From: Candidatus Limnocylindrales bacterium
GTDB lineage: Bacteria; Moduliflexota; Moduliflexia; Moduliflexales; JAUQPW01
DNA: 64,000 nucleotides
Reading direction: 5' to 3'
Assembly: GCA_035559535.1 (NCBI GenBank)
Contig: DATMBG010000026.1
Span: 1 to 64,000 of the forward strand
How positions within the stretch are numbered: the stretch's first letter is position 1; each line of letters begins with the position of its first letter. The notes below the pieces were generated by a model. The model was given only the letters and a program-made list of their open reading frames with translations, was not told where the DNA came from and did not search any database. Shown here in pieces: positions 1-8,135 of this stretch. The translations under genes were made by a program, and so were the position numbers.

Positions 1-104
1 GGGAGGCCTCCCGCCCCTACACAGGATAGGGGGAACTGGGGGGCTAGGGGGGATGGGAGGTGAGGTGGGGAAGGGAAGCTTTTAGGGGTAGATTTTTTCT
101 AATA

Positions 105-128
105 GTAGGGGCGTACGGCCGTACGCCC
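105..128. repeat. GTAG-type REP-like palindrome
   Basis: GTAGGGGCGTACGGCCGTACGCCC; near-identical copies at 1954-1981 and 55807-55834. Confidence 0.8.
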
Positions 129-224
129 TCCCATAGTCGGAAAAGGGAAGCTCAGGGATTGCCCGGGTCTCTACTCTTCCCTTCCCTGGGAGAAAAGGGG
201 AGAAAGTTAAGAATAGGTATTCTG

Positions 225-267
225 CCCTCCCCCCAACCTCCTCTCCCGAAGCCTCGGGAGAGGAGGT
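225..267. repeat. CCTCTCCC...GGGAGAGG hairpin repeat
   Basis: CCTCCTCTCCCGAAGCCTCGGGAGAGGAGG inverted repeat; related hairpins near 16545, 22700, 39306. Confidence 0.6.
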
Positions 268-309
268 TCATGAGTATCCTTCGGAGTTCTTTGGGGATAT
301 ACTAAAACC

Positions 310-1923
310 ATGAGAAATTCCTCCAAGTTTTTATACCCACATGCGGTTCTGATGATTATCATCGGATTAGTCTTGCTCACCTTCACTTCCCGGGTCATAG
401 CCCAAGAACCTAAGAGGGGGGGAACTTTAAAGCTAATTCCCCATGCCGATCTAAAAATTCTGGACCCGATCTGGACTACAGCCTATATCACCCGCAATCA
501 CGGTTATATGATTTACGATACCCTTTTTGCTTTAGACGAAAATTTGAAGGTACAGCCCCAGATGGTGGATACCTGGCAGGTAAGTCCGGATGGGCTCCAG
601 TATACCTTCACGTTGCGGGAAGGTCTCAAGTTCCATGACGGCAGTCCTGTTACGTCCGATGACGTCATTGCTTCCCTCAAACGATGGGGTCAGCGGGATA
701 TTCTGGGTAAGCAATTGATGGATTATACAAGCCGGTTAGAGAAGGTGGATGATAAAACTTTTCGGTTGGAGCTCAAGGAGCCTTTCGGGTTGGTACTCGA
801 TGCTCTGGCCAAGCCAAGCAGTAATGTGCCTTTCATCATGCCGGCTCGAATTGCAGCCACTCCGCCTGATAAGCAGATCACAGAAGCCATCGGTTCAGGA
901 CCCTTCAAATTCGTGAAGGAGGAGTGGGAGCCTGGATATCGCGTTGTTTATGTCCGTAATCCAGATTATGTACCCCGTTCTGAACCGGCCAGTTATGGTG
1001 CCGGAGGTAAGCGGGTATATGTGGATCGAGTGGAGTGGTTATATATTCCCGATCCCGCAACGGCCAGTGCAGCTTTAGAAAGAGGAGAGGTAGATTATTG
1101 GGAACGGTTACCGGCAAGTCTTATTACCCAACTGGAAAAGAATTCCCATATTGCCATCTCAGTAACCGATCCGCTGGGTAGCCAGTATGTGCTTCGCCCT
1201 AACCATCTCCATCCGCCCTTTAACAACGTAAAAGCCCGTCAGGCTTTATTGTGGATGACCAATCAGGAAGCCTACATGCAGGCGGCTGTGGGTGATAAGA
1301 GGTTCTGGCGGACCTGTCTGGCATTTTTTATGTGTGGCAGTCCTTGGGAGACCGAGGTGGGATCGGAGCCGTTGAAACGGCAAGATCTGGAGAAAGCCAG
1401 TCAATTGATGCAAGAAGCAGGATATGATGGACGACCGGTTGTACTCATGGATCCAACGGATCGCCTGCAATTACATGCCATCATGCTGGTGGCCCAATAC
1501 TTGTTGACCCAGATGGGAGTCAAGGTAGATCTCCAGGCCATGGATTGGAGTACCCTGGTAGCCCGCCGGGCCGAGAAAAAGCGACCCGAAGAGGGGGGCT
1601 GGAACTTACTTCCTACGGAGTTTATCGGAGCCGATACGTTTAATCCGGCTGTAAACCTGACCATAGACGGCAGTTGTGACAAGGCCTGGTTTGGCTGGTA
1701 TTGCAGTGAAAAAATGGAGAAGTTGCGTGCCGAATGGGCTCGTACCCAAGATGAAGCTAAGCGGAAGCAATTGGTAGAAGAAATTCAAAAGCTGGCCTAT
1801 GAAGAGGTTCCTTATATACCCGTGGGACAATCTGCTTACTTAATAGCCTATCGAGATTATGTAAAAGGAGTACCTAAATTTACAGCTCCGGTCTTGTGGA
1901 ACGTATGGCTGGACAAGAAATAA
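310..1923 (+). CDS. ABC transporter substrate-binding protein, family 5 (DppA/OppA-like)
   Basis: Signal peptide, GGTL, LDPIWTTAYITRNHGYMIYDTLF, YTFTLREGLKFHDGSPVT, IGSGPFKF motifs. Confidence 0.95.
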   Translation: MRNSSKFLYPHAVLMIIIGLVLLTFTSRVIAQEPKRGGTLKLIPHADLKILDPIWTTAYITRNHGYMIYDTLFALDENLKVQPQMVDTWQVSPDGLQYTFTLREGLKFHDGSPVTSDDVIASLKRWGQRDILGKQLMDYTSRLEKVDDKTFRLELKEPFGLVLDALAKPSSNVPFIMPARIAATPPDKQITEAIGSGPFKFVKEEWEPGYRVVYVRNPDYVPRSEPASYGAGGKRVYVDRVEWLYIPDPATASAALERGEVDYWERLPASLITQLEKNSHIAISVTDPLGSQYVLRPNHLHPPFNNVKARQALLWMTNQEAYMQAAVGDKRFWRTCLAFFMCGSPWETEVGSEPLKRQDLEKASQLMQEAGYDGRPVVLMDPTDRLQLHAIMLVAQYLLTQMGVKVDLQAMDWSTLVARRAEKKRPEEGGWNLLPTEFIGADTFNPAVNLTIDGSCDKAWFGWYCSEKMEKLRAEWARTQDEAKRKQLVEEIQKLAYEEVPYIPVGQSAYLIAYRDYVKGVPKFTAPVLWNVWLDKK

Positions 1924-1924
1924 G

Positions 1925-2113
1925 TGTGGGAGTGTGGGAGTGGAGGGGAGTGTGTAGGGGCGATCGGCCGATCGCCCGTACTGGAGTATGGGAGTGGGGA
2001 AGTGTGGGCGTGTAGGAGAGTATAATCCCATATTTTTCACCTCCACACTCTCATACTTTCATACTCCCATCCTTCCATCCTCCCATACTTCCACATCCCC
2101 ACACTCCCATACT
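1925..2113. repeat. Palindromic array of degenerate 8-mer tandem repeats with embedded GTAG-REP
   Basis: GTGTGGGA/GTATGGGA units followed by complementary CTCCCATA/CTCCCACA units; REP at 1954-1981. Confidence 0.8.
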
Positions 2114-2117
2114 TTTT

Positions 2118-3737
2118 ATGATGATGCAAGGTTCTCACAGGTTTTTGTACCGAATTCCGATCCGGCTGATCTTAACCGGATTATTCTTACTCAACTTCAC
2201 CCCATGGGCCTTATCCGAAGAGCCTAAAATGGGTGGAACGCTGCGATTTATTGCCCATGCCGATTTAAAGATCCTGGACCCCATCTGGACAGGAGGATAT
2301 ATAACCCGTAACCATGGTTATATGATCTATGATACCCTCTTTGCTCTGGACGAGAATATGAAAGTACGGCCTCAGATGGTGGATACCTGGCAGGTAAGTC
2401 CGGATGGTTCGCAATATACTTTCACCCTCAGGGAGGGTCTCCGGTTTCATGATGGTACTCCGGTTACCTCGGAAGATGTCATTGCTTCTATCCGGCGTTG
2501 GGGTCAGCGGGATGCCTTGGGTAAGTTGTTGATGAAGGCTACGGCCCGTTTGGAAGCGGTGGATACCAGAACCTTCCGTTTAGAGTTAAAGGAACCTTTT
2601 GGACTGGTTTTGGAAGCTCTGGCCAAGCCGAGTAGCAATGTACCTTTTATTATGCCGGCTCGAATTGCAGCCACTCCGGCCGATGAACAGATCAAGGAAC
2701 CTATCGGCTCGGGTCCTTTCAAGTTCGTAAAGGAAGAATGGGAACCCGGGCATCGGGTTGCTTATGTCCGTAACCCGGAGTATGTCCCTCGTCCTGAGCC
2801 GCCCAGTTATGGTGCCGGAGGTAAAAGGGTTTATTTAGATCGTGTGGAGTGGCTTTATATTCCCGACCCGGCTACAGCCAGTGCGGCACTGGGAGCAGGG
2901 GAAGTAGATTTTTGGGAATTTCCCCCCTACGATTTTATTACCCAGTTAGAAAAAAACCCAAATATTACCGTCTTTGTTTACGATCCCCTGGGCTGGCAGG
3001 AACAATTGCGGATTAACCATCTCCATCCTCCCTTCAACAACAAGAAAGCTCGTCAGGCCCTGATGTGGATGGTTCATCAAGAGACCTATCTTCGGGTGGC
3101 TATCGGGGAGAAGAGGTTTTGGCGAACGTGTTTAGCGTTTTTCACATGTGGTAGTCCCTGGGAAACCCAGGCAGGTGCAGAGCCTCTCCTGCGGCAGGAT
3201 CTGGAGAAGGCAAAACAGTTAATGAAGGAGGCCGGTTATGATGGACGGCCTGTTGTTTTAATGGATCCTACGGATATTCCCGTTTTACATGCACCTACCC
3301 TGCTAACTCAGCAATTACTGACCCAGATTGGGGTCAAAGTGGATTTGCAGGCTATGGATTGGAGCACGCTCCTGTCCCGCCGGGCTGAGAAAAAGCCCCC
3401 TGAGGAAGGAGGATGGAACCTCTATCATATAAGATCCCTGTCTGCCGATGAGTTTAACCCGGCAGGTGATCTGACCATTGTTGGTGATTGTAACAGTGTG
3501 GTTCCCGGCTGGTATTGTAGTCCCCACATGGAGGAATTGCGAATAGAATTAGCCCGTACTCGAGATCCTATCCGGCAAAAGGAATTAGTAGAAGAGATCC
3601 AAAAGCTGGCCTATGACGAAGTCCCCAAAGTACCGTTGGGGCAGTCCCTGGGTTTAGTCGCTTATCGTAAGAACGTGAAAGGGGTGATCCCCTTTGCGGC
3701 CCCCGTTCTGTGGAACGTGTGGTTAGATAAAAAATAA
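2118..3737 (+). CDS. ABC transporter substrate-binding protein, family 5 (tandem paralog of 310..1923)
   Basis: Same motifs; long identical peptide stretches with the upstream copy. Confidence 0.95.
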   Translation: MMMQGSHRFLYRIPIRLILTGLFLLNFTPWALSEEPKMGGTLRFIAHADLKILDPIWTGGYITRNHGYMIYDTLFALDENMKVRPQMVDTWQVSPDGSQYTFTLREGLRFHDGTPVTSEDVIASIRRWGQRDALGKLLMKATARLEAVDTRTFRLELKEPFGLVLEALAKPSSNVPFIMPARIAATPADEQIKEPIGSGPFKFVKEEWEPGHRVAYVRNPEYVPRPEPPSYGAGGKRVYLDRVEWLYIPDPATASAALGAGEVDFWEFPPYDFITQLEKNPNITVFVYDPLGWQEQLRINHLHPPFNNKKARQALMWMVHQETYLRVAIGEKRFWRTCLAFFTCGSPWETQAGAEPLLRQDLEKAKQLMKEAGYDGRPVVLMDPTDIPVLHAPTLLTQQLLTQIGVKVDLQAMDWSTLLSRRAEKKPPEEGGWNLYHIRSLSADEFNPAGDLTIVGDCNSVVPGWYCSPHMEELRIELARTRDPIRQKELVEEIQKLAYDEVPKVPLGQSLGLVAYRKNVKGVIPFAAPVLWNVWLDKK

Positions 3738-3799
3738 GAGAGCCCTGTAAGTGGACGTCTCTGAGCCTTGGTAATATTGGTTGCGTCCCAATTACCTGT

Positions 3800-3912
3800 G
3801 CCTCTTCAACAACAAGAAAGCTCGTCAGGCCCTGCCAGTGATGTATTTAACCCGGCCGTAAACGATGGCACAGTTGGGGATGGTGACGAGGACTGGTATG
3901 GTTGGTACTGTT
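3800..3912 (+). pseudogene. Collapsed relic of a third family-5 substrate-binding gene
   Basis: CTTCAACAACAAGAAAGCTCGTCAGGCCCTG is identical to about 3032-3062; it is followed by a degenerate match to the ADxFNPAVN...WFGWYC segment (about 1630-1704). Confidence 0.75.
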
Positions 3913-4227
3913 GTAGCATGGGATAACACCCTGCACACCGACTAACTGTTTAATCAGAGTGATCAGTACTTTTAGTTATATCAAAACCTTAGGAGATTTC
4001 TACAATTTCATTGACATCTTTCGTAGAGAAAGTAAAGTATTTGACACGTATTTGCTAAAGGTGTTTTATGATCGAAAAAGAGAGCAGATTCTTTAGAACT
4101 TCCTGTGGAACTCTGATTTTCCTCCAAAGCGAAATTAAAATTTTAAGTGAACGTAAGAGGAAGAAATTCAAGCTTCCTGCTATGGGGTTACCTGGACTCT
4201 CGCTAGGGAGATAGGGTAGAAAAGTCT

Positions 4228-4881
4228 ATGGTTACAAGTAAGAATATAAATCTAAAAAGGAATAGGAAAATGTCCAAACCCGTTAAGAGTGTTACCTTAT
4301 TTAGAAATCCGGCAGATAAGGAGGTTTGGAGTAGAACCTCTCGGATCTGGCAAAGATTTATAGTGTCAGGCTTTGGACTGGTTATCCTTTTCTCATCGTG
4401 GTGTGTTCAGGCTCAAGAAAACATAAAGTCGAAAGATGTTGGATTCGTTTTAGACATAGATGGAAAATGGTTTTTAGATGGAAAACTTCCCCAGAGAATC
4501 CTTAGAGGACAATCTCTTCCGGCCAAAGGGACGATCCGGATCCAATTGCCTAAAGCCAAATCTAATAAGATCGAAATCATCCTTCTGAATGGGGAAAGAA
4601 TTAGCCGTCGTTGCAACAAACCAGAAGCCTGTAACCAACCTATTTTGCTCCCTGAAGTTATTAAAAGTAAGTCATCTCCAGTAGATCGGGTTGTAGTAGC
4701 AGTTAAGGAAGTTTTTACCAGCTATCCCGAAAAGTTTGTAGCAACTTTCAGTTTTTTTCAAGGAGCTATAGAGCTGACAGAGCAATGGGGCAGAGATGGC
4801 TTGGAACCTGATCTGATTCGCAGTTTTTTACATGCCTGCCTTGCATCCCTGGCTGAACCCCAATCCCCTGCTAGAAAATAA
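4228..4881 (+). CDS. Hypothetical exported protein (possibly internally deleted)
   Basis: 217-aa ORF with hydrophobic signal-like segment ending VQA; no recognised family. Confidence 0.55.
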   Translation: MVTSKNINLKRNRKMSKPVKSVTLFRNPADKEVWSRTSRIWQRFIVSGFGLVILFSSWCVQAQENIKSKDVGFVLDIDGKWFLDGKLPQRILRGQSLPAKGTIRIQLPKAKSNKIEIILLNGERISRRCNKPEACNQPILLPEVIKSKSSPVDRVVVAVKEVFTSYPEKFVATFSFFQGAIELTEQWGRDGLEPDLIRSFLHACLASLAEPQSPARK

Positions 4882-4989
4882 GAAAGAGGTAGGAGTTGAA
4901 AGAATATTAAAGATTTCAACAGGAAGAAGCAGGGAGACTTTCACATAAAGCTTTCTAGGGTTTGGGAAGGTTATCAGGGAATAGAGGTA

Positions 4990-5247
4990 GAAAGTTAAGA
5001 CAAAATTTGTCAAAAGGTGATTAAGCGGTTTTCCGATCATTGCCTCCGGTAACCTTTCTCGCCCTTCCTTGAGTTTGTCAACCCAGACAGTAACCTTATA
5101 TTCTTCCTGAGCTTTCTGTAAGATCGTCTTGGCTGTCTTAGAAATCGTAAGATTCCTATAGGCCTTAGTCTCTCCATAGTGTGCGAAGAAGATTTTTCCT
5201 TTAAGGGATTGATCGAAGATAAAGGAATACTTGACAAATTCAGGCAA
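4990..5247 (-). pseudogene. Fragment resembling DUF3800-family protein
   Basis: LKGKIFFAHYGETKAYRNLT...EEYKVTVWVD recalls the central part of DUF3800-like proteins; N-terminal YVDE motif absent; recalled similarity only. Confidence 0.35.
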
Positions 5248-5543
5248 AAGGGTACAATAAATTCAGACTTTTGGAGGTGGCCCGGTTTGTTCCGGATCAA
5301 GACAGGCGAAAGGTTGATCCTTCAGCTCCTGAACCCTTGTCTACCACAGGATCTGTCTGTAGGGTAAAAGAAACTATCCTAGACCTTATGGGTCCCCTAC
5401 AGGATAAGTTGTTCTAGGGGAGTACAAACCCCAGAAAAAGGGTTCTTAAAAACGTGGTTAGCTGTTCAATCAGTTGCCTGGAGATGTCTTGAATCTGTAT
5501 CCTTAGACAGGAGACAGGGGTGCAGGTTCAATGGCTTTACCCC

Positions 5544-6485
5544 ATGCAGAGTTATATTATCAAGAGAATACTGGGTGCCATTCCTGTGATGTTTGTAGTG
5601 GTTGTTTTCGTTTTTAGTTTATTGCGCCTGGCGCCAGGTGATCCGGCCGTGGTGGTGGCGGGAGATTACGCCAAACCTGAAGATATCATACGCATCCGAC
5701 AAAAGCTGGGATTGGATAAGCCGATACACGAACAGTTTGTAATATGGATGGGTCAAATCCTTCGAGGTGACCTGGGGACTTCCATTTTCACAGGGCTGCC
5801 AGTGGCCCAACTCATTAAACAAAGATTGGAACCGACCCTCAGCCTTTGTATCTTTACCTTAATTATCAGTACCGGTCTGGCTATTCCACTGGGAATTTTG
5901 GCGGCATGGAAGGCAGGGACATGGATTGATCGGGGAACTATGGTCTTTTCGGTCCTCGGCTTTTCCCTACCGGTCTTCTGGCTGGGCTTTCTACTCATGT
6001 ATTTTTTTTCTATCCAGCTTTCCATCCTCCCCGTCCAGGGTTATGCTCGGCTCAGCGAAGGGTTTATTCCGTTTATTAAACATCTGATACTTCCCTCCCT
6101 GGCATTGGGTATGATTTATACCGCTTTACTGGCCCGTATGACCCGCGCGAGTATGTTAGAGGTTCTCAAGGAGGATTATATTCGTACAGCTTTTGCGAAG
6201 GGGGTAAAACCCGGCCTGGTACTCATGCGACATGCCTTCAAAAATGCCTCACTACCTGTAGCAACTATTATCGGTACAGGCTTTGCGCTGCTTCTCGGTG
6301 GAGCGGTAGTAACCGAAAGTGTCTTCGCTATTCCGGGCCTGGGAAGATTGACCGTCGATGCCATTTTGCATCGCGATTACCCGGTTATTCAGGGTGTGAT
6401 ACTCTTTACTTCGAGTATCTATGTTTTCATCAACCTCCTGGTAGATCTCTCCTATGTCTTTTTAGATCCTCGAATTCGATATTAA
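5544..6485 (+). CDS. dppB: Peptide/nickel ABC transporter permease DppB/OppB
   Basis: LAPGDPA, GLDKP, GDLGTS, EDYIRTAFAKG (EAA loop), LDPRIRY; ATG 5544 (ORF open from 5520). Confidence 0.92.
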   Translation: MQSYIIKRILGAIPVMFVVVVFVFSLLRLAPGDPAVVVAGDYAKPEDIIRIRQKLGLDKPIHEQFVIWMGQILRGDLGTSIFTGLPVAQLIKQRLEPTLSLCIFTLIISTGLAIPLGILAAWKAGTWIDRGTMVFSVLGFSLPVFWLGFLLMYFFSIQLSILPVQGYARLSEGFIPFIKHLILPSLALGMIYTALLARMTRASMLEVLKEDYIRTAFAKGVKPGLVLMRHAFKNASLPVATIIGTGFALLLGGAVVTESVFAIPGLGRLTVDAILHRDYPVIQGVILFTSSIYVFINLLVDLSYVFLDPRIRY

Positions 6486-6490
6486 GCGAC

Positions 6491-7381
6491 ATGAAAACAA
6501 CGGTACCTGTTAAAATAATCGCCCCCTGGAAATACGTAGATAACCAAATCCATGGGATACCTCGATTCTTGAAACGCCATCCAACTATGTGCCTGGGAAT
6601 CTTCCTGCTGGCCGTGATGAGCCTGATAGCCCTGGGGGCTCCGTTATGGTCACAGTTAGATCCGTTGGCCATTAATCCCATTGACCGACTTCAAGGACCT
6701 TCTGTTAAGCATTGGTTTGGAACAGACCATCTGGGACGGGATATTTATGCACGAACGATTTATGGTAGCCGCATCTCCCTGATAGTAGGACTTTGTGTGG
6801 CAACATTGAGTATGATCATCGGCTTAACCATTGGGTTAATCAGCGGATATGACCGACGTCTGGATATGGTGATCATGCGGATCATGGATGGATTGATGGC
6901 TATCCCGGCTATTTTACTGGCAATTGCTTTGATGGCTTTAATGCGGGCCAGTGTACAAAACGTTATCATCGCTTTAGTCATTCCCGAAGTTCCTCGCGTG
7001 GTTCGTGTCGTACGGGCTGCAGTATTAAGCTTACGAGAACAACCCTTTGTGGAAGCTACACGAGCTGCCGGGGCCTGGATCCCCAGGATCCTCTTTCGTC
7101 ACATCTTGCCCAACACCCTGGCTCCTTTAATTGTACAAGGTACGTATATCTGTGCCTCCGCCATTATTATTGAGGCTTACCTCAGCTTTCTGGGAGCCGG
7201 TACACCTCCTCAAATTCCCAGTTGGGGAAATATGATGGCCGAAGGACGTCCTTACGTGCAAATCGCTTTTTGGATTATCCTCTTCCCAGGACTCTTCCTG
7301 GCTCTGACAGTCCTTGCTATTAATCTGGTAGGCGATGGCTTAAGAGATACGCTAGATCCTAAGCTTGCACGTCGGATGTAA
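6491..7381 (+). CDS. dppC: Peptide ABC transporter permease DppC/OppC
   Basis: HWFGTDHLGRD, RHILPN, PSWGNM, NLVGDGLRDTLDP. Confidence 0.92.
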   Translation: MKTTVPVKIIAPWKYVDNQIHGIPRFLKRHPTMCLGIFLLAVMSLIALGAPLWSQLDPLAINPIDRLQGPSVKHWFGTDHLGRDIYARTIYGSRISLIVGLCVATLSMIIGLTIGLISGYDRRLDMVIMRIMDGLMAIPAILLAIALMALMRASVQNVIIALVIPEVPRVVRVVRAAVLSLREQPFVEATRAAGAWIPRILFRHILPNTLAPLIVQGTYICASAIIIEAYLSFLGAGTPPQIPSWGNMMAEGRPYVQIAFWIILFPGLFLALTVLAINLVGDGLRDTLDPKLARRM

Positions 7382-7485
7382 AAATCCACCGGGATGAACA
7401 CGTGGAGATACAGAACCACAGGGATAAAAAAATCTCCGTGCCCTTGCATCTCACTTATAAGGTGGTGTTAGTAGTTAAAGCTATA

Positions 7486-7911
7486 ATGAGGGTTGTTGAT
7501 AAAATTCTCTTCCTGCTCCTTCTGATAAATCTTCTGCTTTTTCCGGTACCCCCCTTAGCCCAGGATGAACCTTTCAAAGGTCTCAAGGTTCTTACCGATG
7601 AACTGGAAATCACCCCGCCGATGATAGGTGCCATCCGCGTAGATGGGATAACACCACCCCTTTACCTCTATACGGATAAGAATGCGGAAAATTTTGGGAT
7701 TCGACGTATTAACTTTCCAAATGGCGGTTTTATGAATCAGTTGATTGCACTTGAAGTCACCGTTATAGTTAAAAACGGGGGCTCTACCATTCCCGTCAGT
7801 ATTCTGGATCGCGATGTGAAAGGATTTACCACTCAGATTTTTGCCGTTCCCATCGTGAACCTCAACAATAATACCCGGCTGATTCTTAAATATTGGGCAG
7901 CCGGCTATTAA
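7486..7911 (+). CDS. Hypothetical secreted protein
   Basis: Strong signal peptide (ILFLLLLINLLLFPVPPLA|QD); beta-rich mature domain. Confidence 0.65.
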   Translation: MRVVDKILFLLLLINLLLFPVPPLAQDEPFKGLKVLTDELEITPPMIGAIRVDGITPPLYLYTDKNAENFGIRRINFPNGGFMNQLIALEVTVIVKNGGSTIPVSILDRDVKGFTTQIFAVPIVNLNNNTRLILKYWAAGY

Positions 7912-7916
7912 GTCCG

Positions 7917-8128
7917 GGTATGGGAGTGTGGGAGTGGGGAAGTGGGGAAGTATGGAAGTATAGGAGTGGGGGAGTGGGGAAGTGGGGGAGTGGGGAAGTG
8001 GGGGGGAGAATAAGTACTTATACCCCCATACCCCCATACTCCCATACTTCCATACCCCCCTACTTCCACCCTTTCATACCCCCATACTCCCACACTCCCA
8101 TACTCCCTTACTTCCCCACTCCCACACC
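7917..8128. repeat. Palindromic 8-mer tandem repeat array
   Basis: About 11 G-rich units (GGGAGTGT/GGGAAGTG) then about 13 complementary CCCCATAC/CTCCCACA units. Confidence 0.85.
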
Positions 8129-8135
8129 TTTATTC

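Noticed and set aside
60-398. Short ORFs 60-305 and 207-398
   Set aside because: Composed of REP and hairpin repeats or antisense to a real gene
7893-8135. N-terminal 81-aa extension of the propeller ORF and overlapping short ORFs (7555-8037, 7908-8093, 7982-8218, 1840-2046, 1988-2227)
   Set aside because: Translations of the 8-mer repeats; a signal peptide begins at ATG 8136
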